NCBI GenBank assembly: GCA_019694475.1
Contig: JAIBBX010000001.1
Span: 384,001 to 448,000, forward strand
Direction of reading: 5' to 3'
DNA from: Parachlamydiales bacterium
GTDB lineage: Bacteria; Chlamydiota; Chlamydiia; Chlamydiales; SM23-39
Length of the DNA: 64,000 bases
The first letter of the stretch is position 1. Each line of letters begins with the position of its first letter. The notes under the pieces were generated by a model, which was given only the letters and a program-made list of their open reading frames with translations, did no database searches and had not been told where the DNA came from. Positions 1 through 8,715 of this stretch are shown here, piece by piece. A program made the position numbers and the translations under genes.

Positions 1-1449
1 TTAGCTGCCATCGAACACCCCAAAGCTGAGACCCATGTGCATTTCGATGAACGAGGTCTTGGCTTTTTGGCCCTTGGAATCGCTAAAGCTTCCCAAAAAC
101 CTGTTGCACTGATCGTCACTTCGGGGACTGCGGTGGGAAATTTGCTTCCGGCAGTCATGGAAGCGCACCATACCAATACGCCTCTCATCCTCGTGACCGC
201 AGACCGGCCGCATGAGCTGCGTGATTGCAGTGCAAACCAAACTACAGACCAGGTAAAGATTTTCCAATCTTTTGTCCGCTGGCAAACAGATCTACCGACT
301 GAAATGGATGAAAAGTTCTTCCGTTCGGCAATGGCCCAAGCCTATTTTGCTTCCATGAAAAATCCTCCAGGGCCTGTTCACATCAACTGCCCGCTTAGAG
401 ATCCTCTGTATAGGCCCGATCTGAAAATCGTCGAAGGAAAACCCTTTCAGATGACATTGCCTCGCCATGCGATCGATGCCTTCTGCACCCATAAATCGCG
501 CGGAGCGATTCTCATCGGCCGCCTTCCTGATCGAAAAGATGTCCTCCCCATTCTCGATCTTGCAAAACGTCTTCAGTGGCCCGTCTTGGCCGATATCCTC
601 TCGAATGCGCGCTGTTATCCAACTCCCAACCAAGTGCGCTACTTTGATTATATAGAAAAACCAACGCCTGATTTCGTTCTTCATTTCGGAGAAAAGATGA
701 CGTCCAAGCGGATTTTAGAATGGCTGAAGAAAATCAGACCTGAAATGGTCCATGTCAGCCCCTATCCAGAACTCCAAGACCCGGAGAGGATTTTAACCGG
801 CAGAGTCCAAGCCGATATTCTTGAATTCTGCGATGTTTTTGAAGCAAATACAGCACCAGACTGGCTTGAGTCTTGGAAAGATCAAGAGCCCGAGTTTGAG
901 GAATCCGGCGCTTTTACCGAGGTACATGCAATGAGGAAAATCGGCGAGGTTTTACCGCCAGATTTTGGAGCTTTTTTCGGAAACGGCATGCCGATCCGCG
1001 ATGCCGATCATTTTCTTTTTCCTAAAGCTCCGAAGGCTTTTTTCTCCAATCGGGGTCTTTCAGGGATCGATGGGAATATTGCAACCATCGCAGGGCTTGC
1101 AAATGAAATGCCCATGCTCGGCATCATCGGCGATCAGGCAGCTCTTTACGATCTCAATTCATTGCCGCTCATCCAAAAAGCCAAATATCCTGTGATTCTG
1201 ATTATTTCGAATAATTTTGGGGGCGGGATTTTCCATCATCTGCCAATCGCTTCATCGCCCCACTTTGAAAAATATTGGGCTTTCGCCCACGATCTGGGAT
1301 TTGAAAAAGCGGCCGAGATGTTCAGAATTCCTTATGGGAAATTCGATGCGCTCGCATTCGACCGCACCATGATTATCGAACTCATTACGGATCGCAATGA
1401 AAACGCCCGTTATCAGAAGTCATTTCAATCGGCCTACGCTCATAAGTAA
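1..1449 (+). CDS. menD: 2-succinyl-5-enolpyruvyl-6-hydroxy-3-cyclohexene-1-carboxylate synthase (MenD), 5' end cut by window edge
   Basis: Frame 1 is open from base 1. HFDERGLGFLALGIAKAS, TSGTAVGNLLPAVMEA and LVTADRPHELRDCSANQTTDQ match the MenD ThDP-enzyme N-terminal core. The other men genes lie in the same window. Confidence 0.85.
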   Translation, partial: LAAIEHPKAETHVHFDERGLGFLALGIAKASQKPVALIVTSGTAVGNLLPAVMEAHHTNTPLILVTADRPHELRDCSANQTTDQVKIFQSFVRWQTDLPTEMDEKFFRSAMAQAYFASMKNPPGPVHINCPLRDPLYRPDLKIVEGKPFQMTLPRHAIDAFCTHKSRGAILIGRLPDRKDVLPILDLAKRLQWPVLADILSNARCYPTPNQVRYFDYIEKPTPDFVLHFGEKMTSKRILEWLKKIRPEMVHVSPYPELQDPERILTGRVQADILEFCDVFEANTAPDWLESWKDQEPEFEESGAFTEVHAMRKIGEVLPPDFGAFFGNGMPIRDADHFLFPKAPKAFFSNRGLSGIDGNIATIAGLANEMPMLGIIGDQAALYDLNSLPLIQKAKYPVILIISNNFGGGIFHHLPIASSPHFEKYWAFAHDLGFEKAAEMFRIPYGKFDALAFDRTMIIELITDRNENARYQKSFQSAYAHK

Positions 1450-2137
1450 ATAATGATCGATGCGCTTTTTGGTGATATCGAATTTCACCTTCGCAAAACT
1501 TCCTGAGGTCCCGATAGTTCAATCTGTTTTTGTGTGTATCAGAAACCGCTTTAATCGCATCAAGGACAATCGCATTTTGACCGAGTGTAAAGTGACGCAT
1601 ATTATCAGGCTGCACGATTTCCAAGCATTGAACCAGTTTATCTTGAAGTCCAGGATGCTCTGCATTCACCTTCATCCAACTCAAAATTTCATGCATGCAG
1701 GAAACGGCCTCATCTGTTCCGCCGCTTTTAAGTTTTTCCATGAAGGGATCAAGCCTTTCATCAATGTTTTTCACCCTCTTCAAATAAATCAAACGCTCGG
1801 TTAAATGTGCATCTAACTTGTCAAATGCTTGCCGATCTTGTGTGAAACATTTCTTTCGTTCCACCTGACATAATGCATCTGAAAATTGGACGATTTCCCC
1901 TAACGAAAATTTACGTCCGCCTGCCTCTTCGCAAATCGCTCTAAGTCCAAGATGAAGCCCGATCGTCTCAAAACCTTTTGGATGATACAAATTCCAAGCC
2001 AAAGCTTCTCTCACCAGATTTCCTACCGCATGAATGATTCGGCCTTGATCTTTTGAGTCTCGGGCATTACCAAGTTGTGTATGCCAATAGTCATGAAGAT
2101 TGTGAGGAATAATTTGATAAAGCTTTATAGACGCCAT
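1385..2137 (-). CDS. hypothetical protein (250 aa), no domain recognised
   Basis: Long ORF with ATG at 2137. Its 3' end overlaps the menD 3' end by 65 nt (convergent). No motif recognised. Confidence 0.4.
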   Translation of the reverse strand: MASIKLYQIIPHNLHDYWHTQLGNARDSKDQGRIIHAVGNLVREALAWNLYHPKGFETIGLHLGLRAICEEAGGRKFSLGEIVQFSDALCQVERKKCFTQDRQAFDKLDAHLTERLIYLKRVKNIDERLDPFMEKLKSGGTDEAVSCMHEILSWMKVNAEHPGLQDKLVQCLEIVQPDNMRHFTLGQNAIVLDAIKAVSDTHKNRLNYRDLRKFCEGEIRYHQKAHRSLFTYERRPIEMTSDNGRFHCDP

Positions 2138-2227
2138 TTTTATTATATTCTCCGCTTTTTAGCAGACATTATAACACAAATAAATTAACTAGGGGATAGA
2201 GAACCTACCCCCCCAATAAGTAAAAAA

Positions 2228-2641
2228 TTATTTTACTTTTTCGTAAACGTCTGCAAGTCCTGGAGCTGTACCAAGCCATTTGCCTTCATTTTTGAAAAAG
2301 ACGACATCGCCGTGATGGAACAGCCGAACATATCCATACCCCGGACGATCATCATCGAAACGATAAGGAATAGTCGTTACAAGATGAAGAGGATCTTTTT
2401 CAGGTAGATATTCTTGTTCTGGTGCAAATTCGAGGACCATCGTGAATCCTTTAACATAAACAAAATAACCCACCTCAGGATCTTCCGATGCAATCCGCTT
2501 TGCTTCTTCGATAGTAATCCCTCTTTCTACGCGCACAGCATTTGCGTAGTCAGAGCCTTTATATTGAGCTAAATTTGGAACGCAATGAAACTCTACAGCC
2601 TCATGAACATTTCCTATGGTTTGAATATCATCGCAATACAT
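2228..2641 (-). CDS. hypothetical protein (137 aa)
   Basis: ATG at 2641 is preceded by AAGGAG 6 nt upstream on the minus strand. No domain recognised. Confidence 0.55.
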   Translation of the reverse strand: MYCDDIQTIGNVHEAVEFHCVPNLAQYKGSDYANAVRVERGITIEEAKRIASEDPEVGYFVYVKGFTMVLEFAPEQEYLPEKDPLHLVTTIPYRFDDDRPGYGYVRLFHHGDVVFFKNEGKWLGTAPGLADVYEKVK

Positions 2642-2707
2642 TGTAACTCCTTTTGTTACGCTGCAAAGATAGCGAAATCACAAATCCGAAAGCAACTCAA
2701 ATAGATT

Positions 2708-3739
2708 TTACAACTCGTTGTATCTAAATAAATTCGAAAGAGATTCTCCATTAATAATGTGAGTAATCGCTCTTGCAAGAAGCGGCGCCACGCTGAGTTG
2801 TTTGATGTTGTTTGGAATTGGGCCTCTTAGAGGCACTGTGTCAGTCACAATGAGTTCTTCCAAGCAAGATCCCTCAATTCGCATGCAAGCAGGACCTGAT
2901 AATAGCGGGTGTGTGATGCAAGCAAATACTCTCCTAGCGCCATGATCTTTGAGTTCTTGCGCCGCTTTGACAAGCGTGCCAGCTGTGTCGCAAATGTCGT
3001 CGACGATCACAACATCGCTTCCTTGGACTTTGCCGACTAGATTCATCGTTTCAACGACGCCCGCTTCAGCGCGCTGTTTCACAATCACCGCCATTTTTGA
3101 TGGAACGCCCAATGATTGGAGACCTTCGATAAATGTTTTCGCTCTTTCTACACCGCCTGCATCAGGAGAGACAATCACTGGATCATAGAGGCCGAGTCGA
3201 GCAATGTATGGGACAAAAATGGTAGAAGCGAAAAGATTGTCTACTGGCGTTTCGTGAAAGAATCCTTGGATTTGACCGCAATGCAAATCGATCGCAACCA
3301 CATGATCCGCTCCTGCAACTTCGAGCAGCATCGCAACGTCCGATGCAGAAATGGGGACTCTTCCTTGAGTTTTTCGATCCTGTCTTGCATAACCAAAATA
3401 AGGAATGATTGCCGTTACGCTTTTTGCGGAAGAGCGCTTCATCGCGCGGATCATCAAGTATAGCTCCATCAGATTGTCATTGACGGTGGAGTCTTTGCTG
3501 ATGCTGGTTGATTGGAGAATGAAGACGTCGCAGTTTCTCACATTTTCTAAGATCTGAATCCGAATTTCGCCATCGTTGAATTTACTGATATGCGCCTTAT
3601 GCACCTTTTGATCTAAACATTCTGCAACAGCTCCTGCAAGTTCTGTATTTGAACTTCCGTTAAACAGCATCACACCAGGCGCGCAATCGGCATAAAAACA
3701 GGAACAAAAACATATCAGCGCAACAATCATCCTTGCCAT
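2708..3739 (-). CDS. prs: ribose-phosphate pyrophosphokinase (PRPP synthetase) with a 23-aa hydrophobic N-terminal extension
   Basis: FNDGEIRIQILENVRNCDVFILQSTS, IPYFGYARQDRK and the PRPP loop VVIVDDICDTAGT. Start set at ATG 3739 because AAAGGAG lies 6 nt upstream. The conserved Prs core starts only at the Met at 3670. Confidence 0.85.
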   Translation of the reverse strand: MARMIVALICFCSCFYADCAPGVMLFNGSSNTELAGAVAECLDQKVHKAHISKFNDGEIRIQILENVRNCDVFILQSTSISKDSTVNDNLMELYLMIRAMKRSSAKSVTAIIPYFGYARQDRKTQGRVPISASDVAMLLEVAGADHVVAIDLHCGQIQGFFHETPVDNLFASTIFVPYIARLGLYDPVIVSPDAGGVERAKTFIEGLQSLGVPSKMAVIVKQRAEAGVVETMNLVGKVQGSDVVIVDDICDTAGTLVKAAQELKDHGARRVFACITHPLLSGPACMRIEGSCLEELIVTDTVPLRGPIPNNIKQLSVAPLLARAITHIINGESLSNLFRYNEL

Positions 3740-3856
3740 CCCAATCTCCTTTTGCAAACGACAGGAAAAAATTTTAGTCTCTTTGCACATAGATAGCTAG
3801 GGAAATATTCGATTAAAAATGGGAAATTCTATAAAGTTTTTTAAACGAGGCAATGC

Positions 3857-6800
3857 ATGATGGGCCGTTTTTGGTGTTCGATCCTTTTTCTTCCCTTTAC
3901 CTTAACAGCTCTACCCGAAGGCGCAGAAGTGAAAGCAGGGAATGCTGCCATTTCGCTTTCAAACAATGCAATGCATGTAGAAGCTAGCGACTCGACAATC
4001 ATCAATTGGAATTCTTTTTCAATCGATCCAAATCAAGTGGCCGCTTTTTTACTTCCAAATTCGCAATCGGCGATCTTAAATCGAGTGACGGGAGAAAATT
4101 TAAGCTCCATTTTGGGGAAGCTCGAATCGAATGGCCAAATCTTTCTGATCAATCCCAACGGAATTGTGATTGGAAAAGAAGGGATTATTCAGGCTGCTGG
4201 ATTTATCGGGGCCTCACTCAATCTTTCGAATGAGCTTTTTTTATCAAAGGGCCCTCTTTTATTCGCGGGGACAGAGTCATCGATCGTGAATGAAGGAACG
4301 ATCATTGCAAGCGAAGGAAATGTTTTTCTAGTTGGAGCCGAGCTTACAAATCGGGGCAATATCCAAGCATTGAAAGGAATGGCAGCTCTTTGCGAAGGAG
4401 ATCAAGTCTATATTCATCTGAATAAAGATGAACCGATTTGGTTTCGGATCCAATCGAATGAGCTGGGCCCCTTGCAAAGTGAGGGAAGCATTCGTGCAAA
4501 AAACATCGAATTGCACGGAGTATCGATCACCCATTCGGGTATCCTCGATGCAACAGGGAGCATTGAACAGGACGGACGCATTTATTTAGTAGCGAATCGC
4601 GACCTTAATTTGGATGGATCGATCACCGCGCCAGGCGGAGAAACGCGCATCCTGGGAAAAGATATCATCTTGAACTCTTCAGCTCGAATTGATGTTTCGG
4701 ATCAAATAGGCGGCGGCACTGTGCTGATCGGCGGGGATTTCAAGGGAGCAAATCAAGAAATAGCAAATGCCTCAAATGTGTTTGTATCTGCTGGGGCTGA
4801 GATTAAAGCGGATGCTCTATATAGTGGAGATGGCGGAAAAGTGGTTGTTTGGAGCGATGATACTACGATTTTCCGAGGATCAATCAGCGCACAATCTACG
4901 GGGGAAACCGGCAATGGAGGTTTTGCTGAGATTTCAGGAAAAAACCACCTTTCTGTATCGGGCCCTGCCGATTTACGTTCTAGAAATGGCCAAATAGGAA
5001 CCCTCTATTTAGATCCGGGCTCTGTTTTAATAAAAAATGGGCCAAACGCTGCGCCGCCTGTCTCGATGGATGTATTCAATGATGGCTACATTTCAAATCA
5101 ACTCAGCATGGGCAATCTAACGATTGATACTGCAAATAGCACAAATGGCGGAACCCAAACGATCACGATCAATAGCAACGTCAACGTCAGTTGGGCTACA
5201 ACAAGCATTTTGACCCTCAATGCAGGAAGAGACATTGTCTTCAGCGGAGGAGGCACTTTTAACAATACTGCAGCAGGACAGATGATCTTCACAGCCAACA
5301 CCCCTGTTGCTGCCTCTTATGCTGGAGTCGATTTGAATCAGTGCACTCTTTCCACTGCTGGAGGAAGTATATCCATCACGGGAGGAGGAGGAAATAACGG
5401 GGCAGGTCCAGGGATCGGTCTTCTCTCCGCCACGTTGACTGCCACAGGAGCCGGAACCATTACTCTTACAGGAACTGGCGGAAGCGGGGTGGGCAGTAAT
5501 TATGGAATCCAATTTAATTATGGTGGCGCCGGAAAAACTCCCCCATCCACTTTGTCTGTTGAGAATGGAAACCTGGCTTTGACCGGCACTGCGGGAGGCA
5601 CGGGAAATAACAACATCGGGATTCTGTTATCGAAAGCCACCTTCTTACCAACGGGCAGCGGCGCAATTCACTTGAGAGGCACAGGGGCGGGAAGTTTAGG
5701 GAATTTAAACAATGATGGCATCAATTTTGAGGCCAATACCGTTTCATTAGCGTGGGGCAATGGGGAGGTCCGGATTGATGGAATTGGCGGCCCGAATGGC
5801 GAGAGTTCTGGCGGAATCACAAATTTAGGACCCGGATCGATCAGCTCAACGGGCGGAAATATCATCATGAATGGTACAGGACAGTCTAACCCCGCAGCAG
5901 GATCTGGTGTCGGAATTTTCTGGAATGGGAATATCACCTCGACGAGTGGGAATATTTCGTTAACCGGCATCGGAGGAGGTAACGGGAATGCTAGCGGATA
6001 TGGGGTTAACTTTCCTACAGGGGCCACTGTGACAACTGCCGGCAACATCTTTATCCAAGGAACTGGTGCGGGAGACAATGGTACTGGAGTTACTGTTCAG
6101 AATGTGATTACAACCGGTGCCTCTTCCACAATTACGATTGTTGGGATAGCATCTCTACTGGGCATGATGCAAGCACATGGGGTCCTTGTAGCTAGTAGCG
6201 GAAATGTGAGATCAATCGACGGAAACATCTCGATCACAGGGACAGGTGCATCAGCAGCATTATTCGGCTTCGGGGAAGCAATTCGCATAATTGATCAGGC
6301 TACAGTCTCCTGTACTGGGACAGGTTCCATCTTTCTTGAATCGAAAGGTTTCAATATTCTTAGTAGTCTTGGTGGGATCAACTCTTTAATTTCTACAAAT
6401 AGCGGTAATATTTCCATTTTGGCAGTAAATGGATCCAGCGATATTTATCTCGCAGACTGCACTTGCGGAGGAAGTTTCATCGCAGCAGCCAACCAAAGCT
6501 TCACTCAACAAGCTGGATCGACATTGCAGCTGACAAGCATGACAGGCAAATGCACGATCATTGTCGACCAACTAACTCCCAATACTTTGGGACCAGGACA
6601 ATTCATTAACAGCGGAACTATTACAACAACCTCGGGAGATCTGGCGATCTATGGAGTAGGCGGACCAACAGTACCTCCTCCGGGCCCTTTACTTCCAGGC
6701 GTTCCGCCCAATCAGGTAACATTCGGTAATCTAAACCCGCCGATTGCTGATTGGGACATGGCGATCGCACCCGATTTTCTCGCTTCGAAATATTATACCT

Positions 6801-7117
6801 CTTGGGATCTAGGAGGTCCCTATCACGGGGTCGGTTTCGGCTCGGTATATACCCCAGGCACTGGAGTATTTGGGAGCAATGTCGTTTGGTATAAATTCCC
6901 ATTCCCGAATCCACCAGTTCCTCCAAATCCTCCAACTCCTTCTCCAATTCCTCCGGCACTCGCAGCTCAAGTCATCTCTCTTGTGCCTAAAGTCTTTCAG
7001 CAACTTTGGGTGAACACCCAAGTGAATGAAAACTACTTTTTCTATCCTTATGAATTTTGCAGAGGATTCCCTTGCATCTGGATCAATGAAAGGAATACAT
7101 GTACAAAGCCATTTTAA
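3857..7117 (+). CDS. two-partner-secretion exoprotein (TpsA): haemagglutinin-type TPS domain, Gly-rich beta-helix repeats, Pro-rich Cys-containing C-terminus
   Basis: Signal peptide MMGRFWCSILFLPFTLTA. TPS-domain motifs INWNSFSI, ILNRVTG and the hallmark FLINPNGIVIG. Long run of G-x-G/N-rich repeats (GGNIIMNGTG, SGNISLTGIGGGNG, AGNIFIQGTGAGDNG). Directly followed by a TpsB gene. Confidence 0.85.
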   Translation: MMGRFWCSILFLPFTLTALPEGAEVKAGNAAISLSNNAMHVEASDSTIINWNSFSIDPNQVAAFLLPNSQSAILNRVTGENLSSILGKLESNGQIFLINPNGIVIGKEGIIQAAGFIGASLNLSNELFLSKGPLLFAGTESSIVNEGTIIASEGNVFLVGAELTNRGNIQALKGMAALCEGDQVYIHLNKDEPIWFRIQSNELGPLQSEGSIRAKNIELHGVSITHSGILDATGSIEQDGRIYLVANRDLNLDGSITAPGGETRILGKDIILNSSARIDVSDQIGGGTVLIGGDFKGANQEIANASNVFVSAGAEIKADALYSGDGGKVVVWSDDTTIFRGSISAQSTGETGNGGFAEISGKNHLSVSGPADLRSRNGQIGTLYLDPGSVLIKNGPNAAPPVSMDVFNDGYISNQLSMGNLTIDTANSTNGGTQTITINSNVNVSWATTSILTLNAGRDIVFSGGGTFNNTAAGQMIFTANTPVAASYAGVDLNQCTLSTAGGSISITGGGGNNGAGPGIGLLSATLTATGAGTITLTGTGGSGVGSNYGIQFNYGGAGKTPPSTLSVENGNLALTGTAGGTGNNNIGILLSKATFLPTGSGAIHLRGTGAGSLGNLNNDGINFEANTVSLAWGNGEVRIDGIGGPNGESSGGITNLGPGSISSTGGNIIMNGTGQSNPAAGSGVGIFWNGNITSTSGNISLTGIGGGNGNASGYGVNFPTGATVTTAGNIFIQGTGAGDNGTGVTVQNVITTGASSTITIVGIASLLGMMQAHGVLVASSGNVRSIDGNISITGTGASAALFGFGEAIRIIDQATVSCTGTGSIFLESKGFNILSSLGGINSLISTNSGNISILAVNGSSDIYLADCTCGGSFIAAANQSFTQQAGSTLQLTSMTGKCTIIVDQLTPNTLGPGQFINSGTITTTSGDLAIYGVGGPTVPPPGPLLPGVPPNQVTFGNLNPPIADWDMAIAPDFLASKYYTSWDLGGPYHGVGFGSVYTPGTGVFGSNVVWYKFPFPNPPVPPNPPTPSPIPPALAAQVISLVPKVFQQLWVNTQVNENYFFYPYEFCRGFPCIWINERNTCTKPF

Positions 7118-8715
7118 TGACCTTATTAGTCTCGGCTGTTTTTGCTGAAGAAAAGCCATGGCTTTCTGCAGTAAAAAGCATTGATGTCGTCGAAGATTCT
7201 GAACCTTCTCTCCAAACTGATCTTCAATTGCTTTTAGAAGAAGAGTATGTTGGCGTTTCTTTTGATTCAGAAAAAGCCGCTTTATTGAAGAAAACGATTT
7301 CTCAATTTTATGAGGAGCGGGATTTTTTGGTCGAATCGGTAACTATTCCTCCTCAAGATGTGACAGATGGCCAGCTCGTTGTAAATGTTCTCTTAAGCAA
7401 AGTAGGTTCGGTCACTTTTGTTGGAAATCAGCATTTTAGCGATAAGCTTCTATCCAAATACTTCCGTTCCCATGAGGGTGATGAAATTCGGTTAGATCGG
7501 ATCACTTCGGATCTTTCTTGGATGAATCGGAATCCATATAGACGCACAGGCGCTGTATTGAGCCCAGGAAACAGCCCTGGAACCACTGATATCGAACTGA
7601 TTACCCAAGATCGAACCCCTTTTTCGGTTTACTATGGATGGGACGATCGAGGAAATGATTCGATCGGCCTATATCGTCAATTTGCCGGATTTTCTTGGGG
7701 TAAGTTTTTTGGTACCGATCAAACTCTTGCTTTTCAATTCACAAATTCTGCTTGGAACAGCCATCTACTTGCATATTTTGTCGATTACGAAGCGCCGCTT
7801 CCCTGGAGACACCTTCTTTCGATTTATGGAGGATATTCCGAGGTGCGCTCGAAAAAATTCGCAGATTTTTTTCACAATCGAGGCAAAACTGCATCAAGCA
7901 GCCTTCGCTACACCATTCCTGTAACGTGGTCTGAAAATGCAATCCACGAATTTTCCTTTGGATCCGATTACAAATTCACAAACAACAACCTCCTTTTTTC
8001 TGAAACTCCCCTTTTCTCAAAAGATACAGCTCTATTTCAATTTAGCCTCTCTTGGAGCATGGACTTCAAACCGACGAATGGAAAAACTTTCTTTTGGATA
8101 GAGCTTTTTGGCTCTCCTTTCACGAACACATTGCCGCATCAGACAAAAGACGAATACGATTCTCTAAGACCATTTGCCAAGGTCCGGTATCTTTATGGGC
8201 AAGCCGAATTTGAGAAAAACTGGATCTTGCCGCGCGAGTTTTGTCTAAGATTTAGAGCTCTCGGACAAGCAGCCACAACGAACCTGCTTCCTAGCGAACA
8301 GCTCGGTCTCGGCGGCGCAGACACTGTTCGAGGTTACAGAGAGCGAATTTTCAACGCGGACGCGGGAGCCATAGCAAATCTCGAACTCTCTTTCCCCACA
8401 TTTTCTTTCTTGAAAAGACTCTGTTCTTTTTGCAACGCCTGCTCGCCATGCTCCTTTATACCTGAAATCCCAACTCCAAAAGCCATGGACCGAATGTCGC
8501 TTTATCTCTTTGCCGATTACGCTTACGGATGCGTTTATCATAAAGTAGTCGACTCTGCAAAATCGGAAAGTCTGATCGGAATCGGACCTGGCTTGAAATA
8601 TGCAATGGATCCTTATCTGAACATCCAAGTCGATTGGGGATTCCGTTTGCGCGCAGTTCAGCTGGAAGACAGTCTCGGCGGCCGCCTCCATTTCCAAGCT
8701 ATCGCTCGATTTTAA
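7099..8715 (+). CDS. TpsB (ShlB/FhaC/HecB-family) outer-membrane transporter
   Basis: Signal peptide MYKAILMTLLVSAVFA-EE. POTRA-like N-terminal region. Barrel motif LGLGGADTVRGYRERIFNADAGAIANLEL and a C-terminal aromatic residue (IARF). Overlaps the tpsA stop by 19 nt. Confidence 0.8.
   Translation: MYKAILMTLLVSAVFAEEKPWLSAVKSIDVVEDSEPSLQTDLQLLLEEEYVGVSFDSEKAALLKKTISQFYEERDFLVESVTIPPQDVTDGQLVVNVLLSKVGSVTFVGNQHFSDKLLSKYFRSHEGDEIRLDRITSDLSWMNRNPYRRTGAVLSPGNSPGTTDIELITQDRTPFSVYYGWDDRGNDSIGLYRQFAGFSWGKFFGTDQTLAFQFTNSAWNSHLLAYFVDYEAPLPWRHLLSIYGGYSEVRSKKFADFFHNRGKTASSSLRYTIPVTWSENAIHEFSFGSDYKFTNNNLLFSETPLFSKDTALFQFSLSWSMDFKPTNGKTFFWIELFGSPFTNTLPHQTKDEYDSLRPFAKVRYLYGQAEFEKNWILPREFCLRFRALGQAATTNLLPSEQLGLGGADTVRGYRERIFNADAGAIANLELSFPTFSFLKRLCSFCNACSPCSFIPEIPTPKAMDRMSLYLFADYAYGCVYHKVVDSAKSESLIGIGPGLKYAMDPYLNIQVDWGFRLRAVQLEDSLGGRLHFQAIARF

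Noticed and set aside
2188-2236. actaggggatagagaacctaccccc...agtaaaaaatt resembles abutted termini of repeat family A (ctaggataggttc / gaacctatcctagtaaaatttt), considered as a collapsed copy or excision footprint
   Set aside because: The similarity is short (about 10-12 nt per side) and interrupted. Part of it is the coding 3' end of the 2228-2641 gene. It cannot be distinguished from chance without genome-wide statistics.
5098-6571. Several 60-136 aa ORFs antisense or out of frame inside tpsA (e.g. 5117-5512, 5668-6078, 6097-6288)
   Set aside because: They lie inside a Gly-codon-rich repetitive gene whose own frame has strong family motifs. Low-complexity Pro/Ser/Gly translations are typical of shadow ORFs.
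3857-7117. Considered calling the 1086-aa Gly-rich repeat protein a chlamydial polymorphic membrane protein (Pmp autotransporter)
   Set aside because: It has a TPS domain with NPNGI and a dedicated TpsB partner. I saw no dense GGA(I/L/V)/FxxN repeats and no C-terminal autotransporter barrel.
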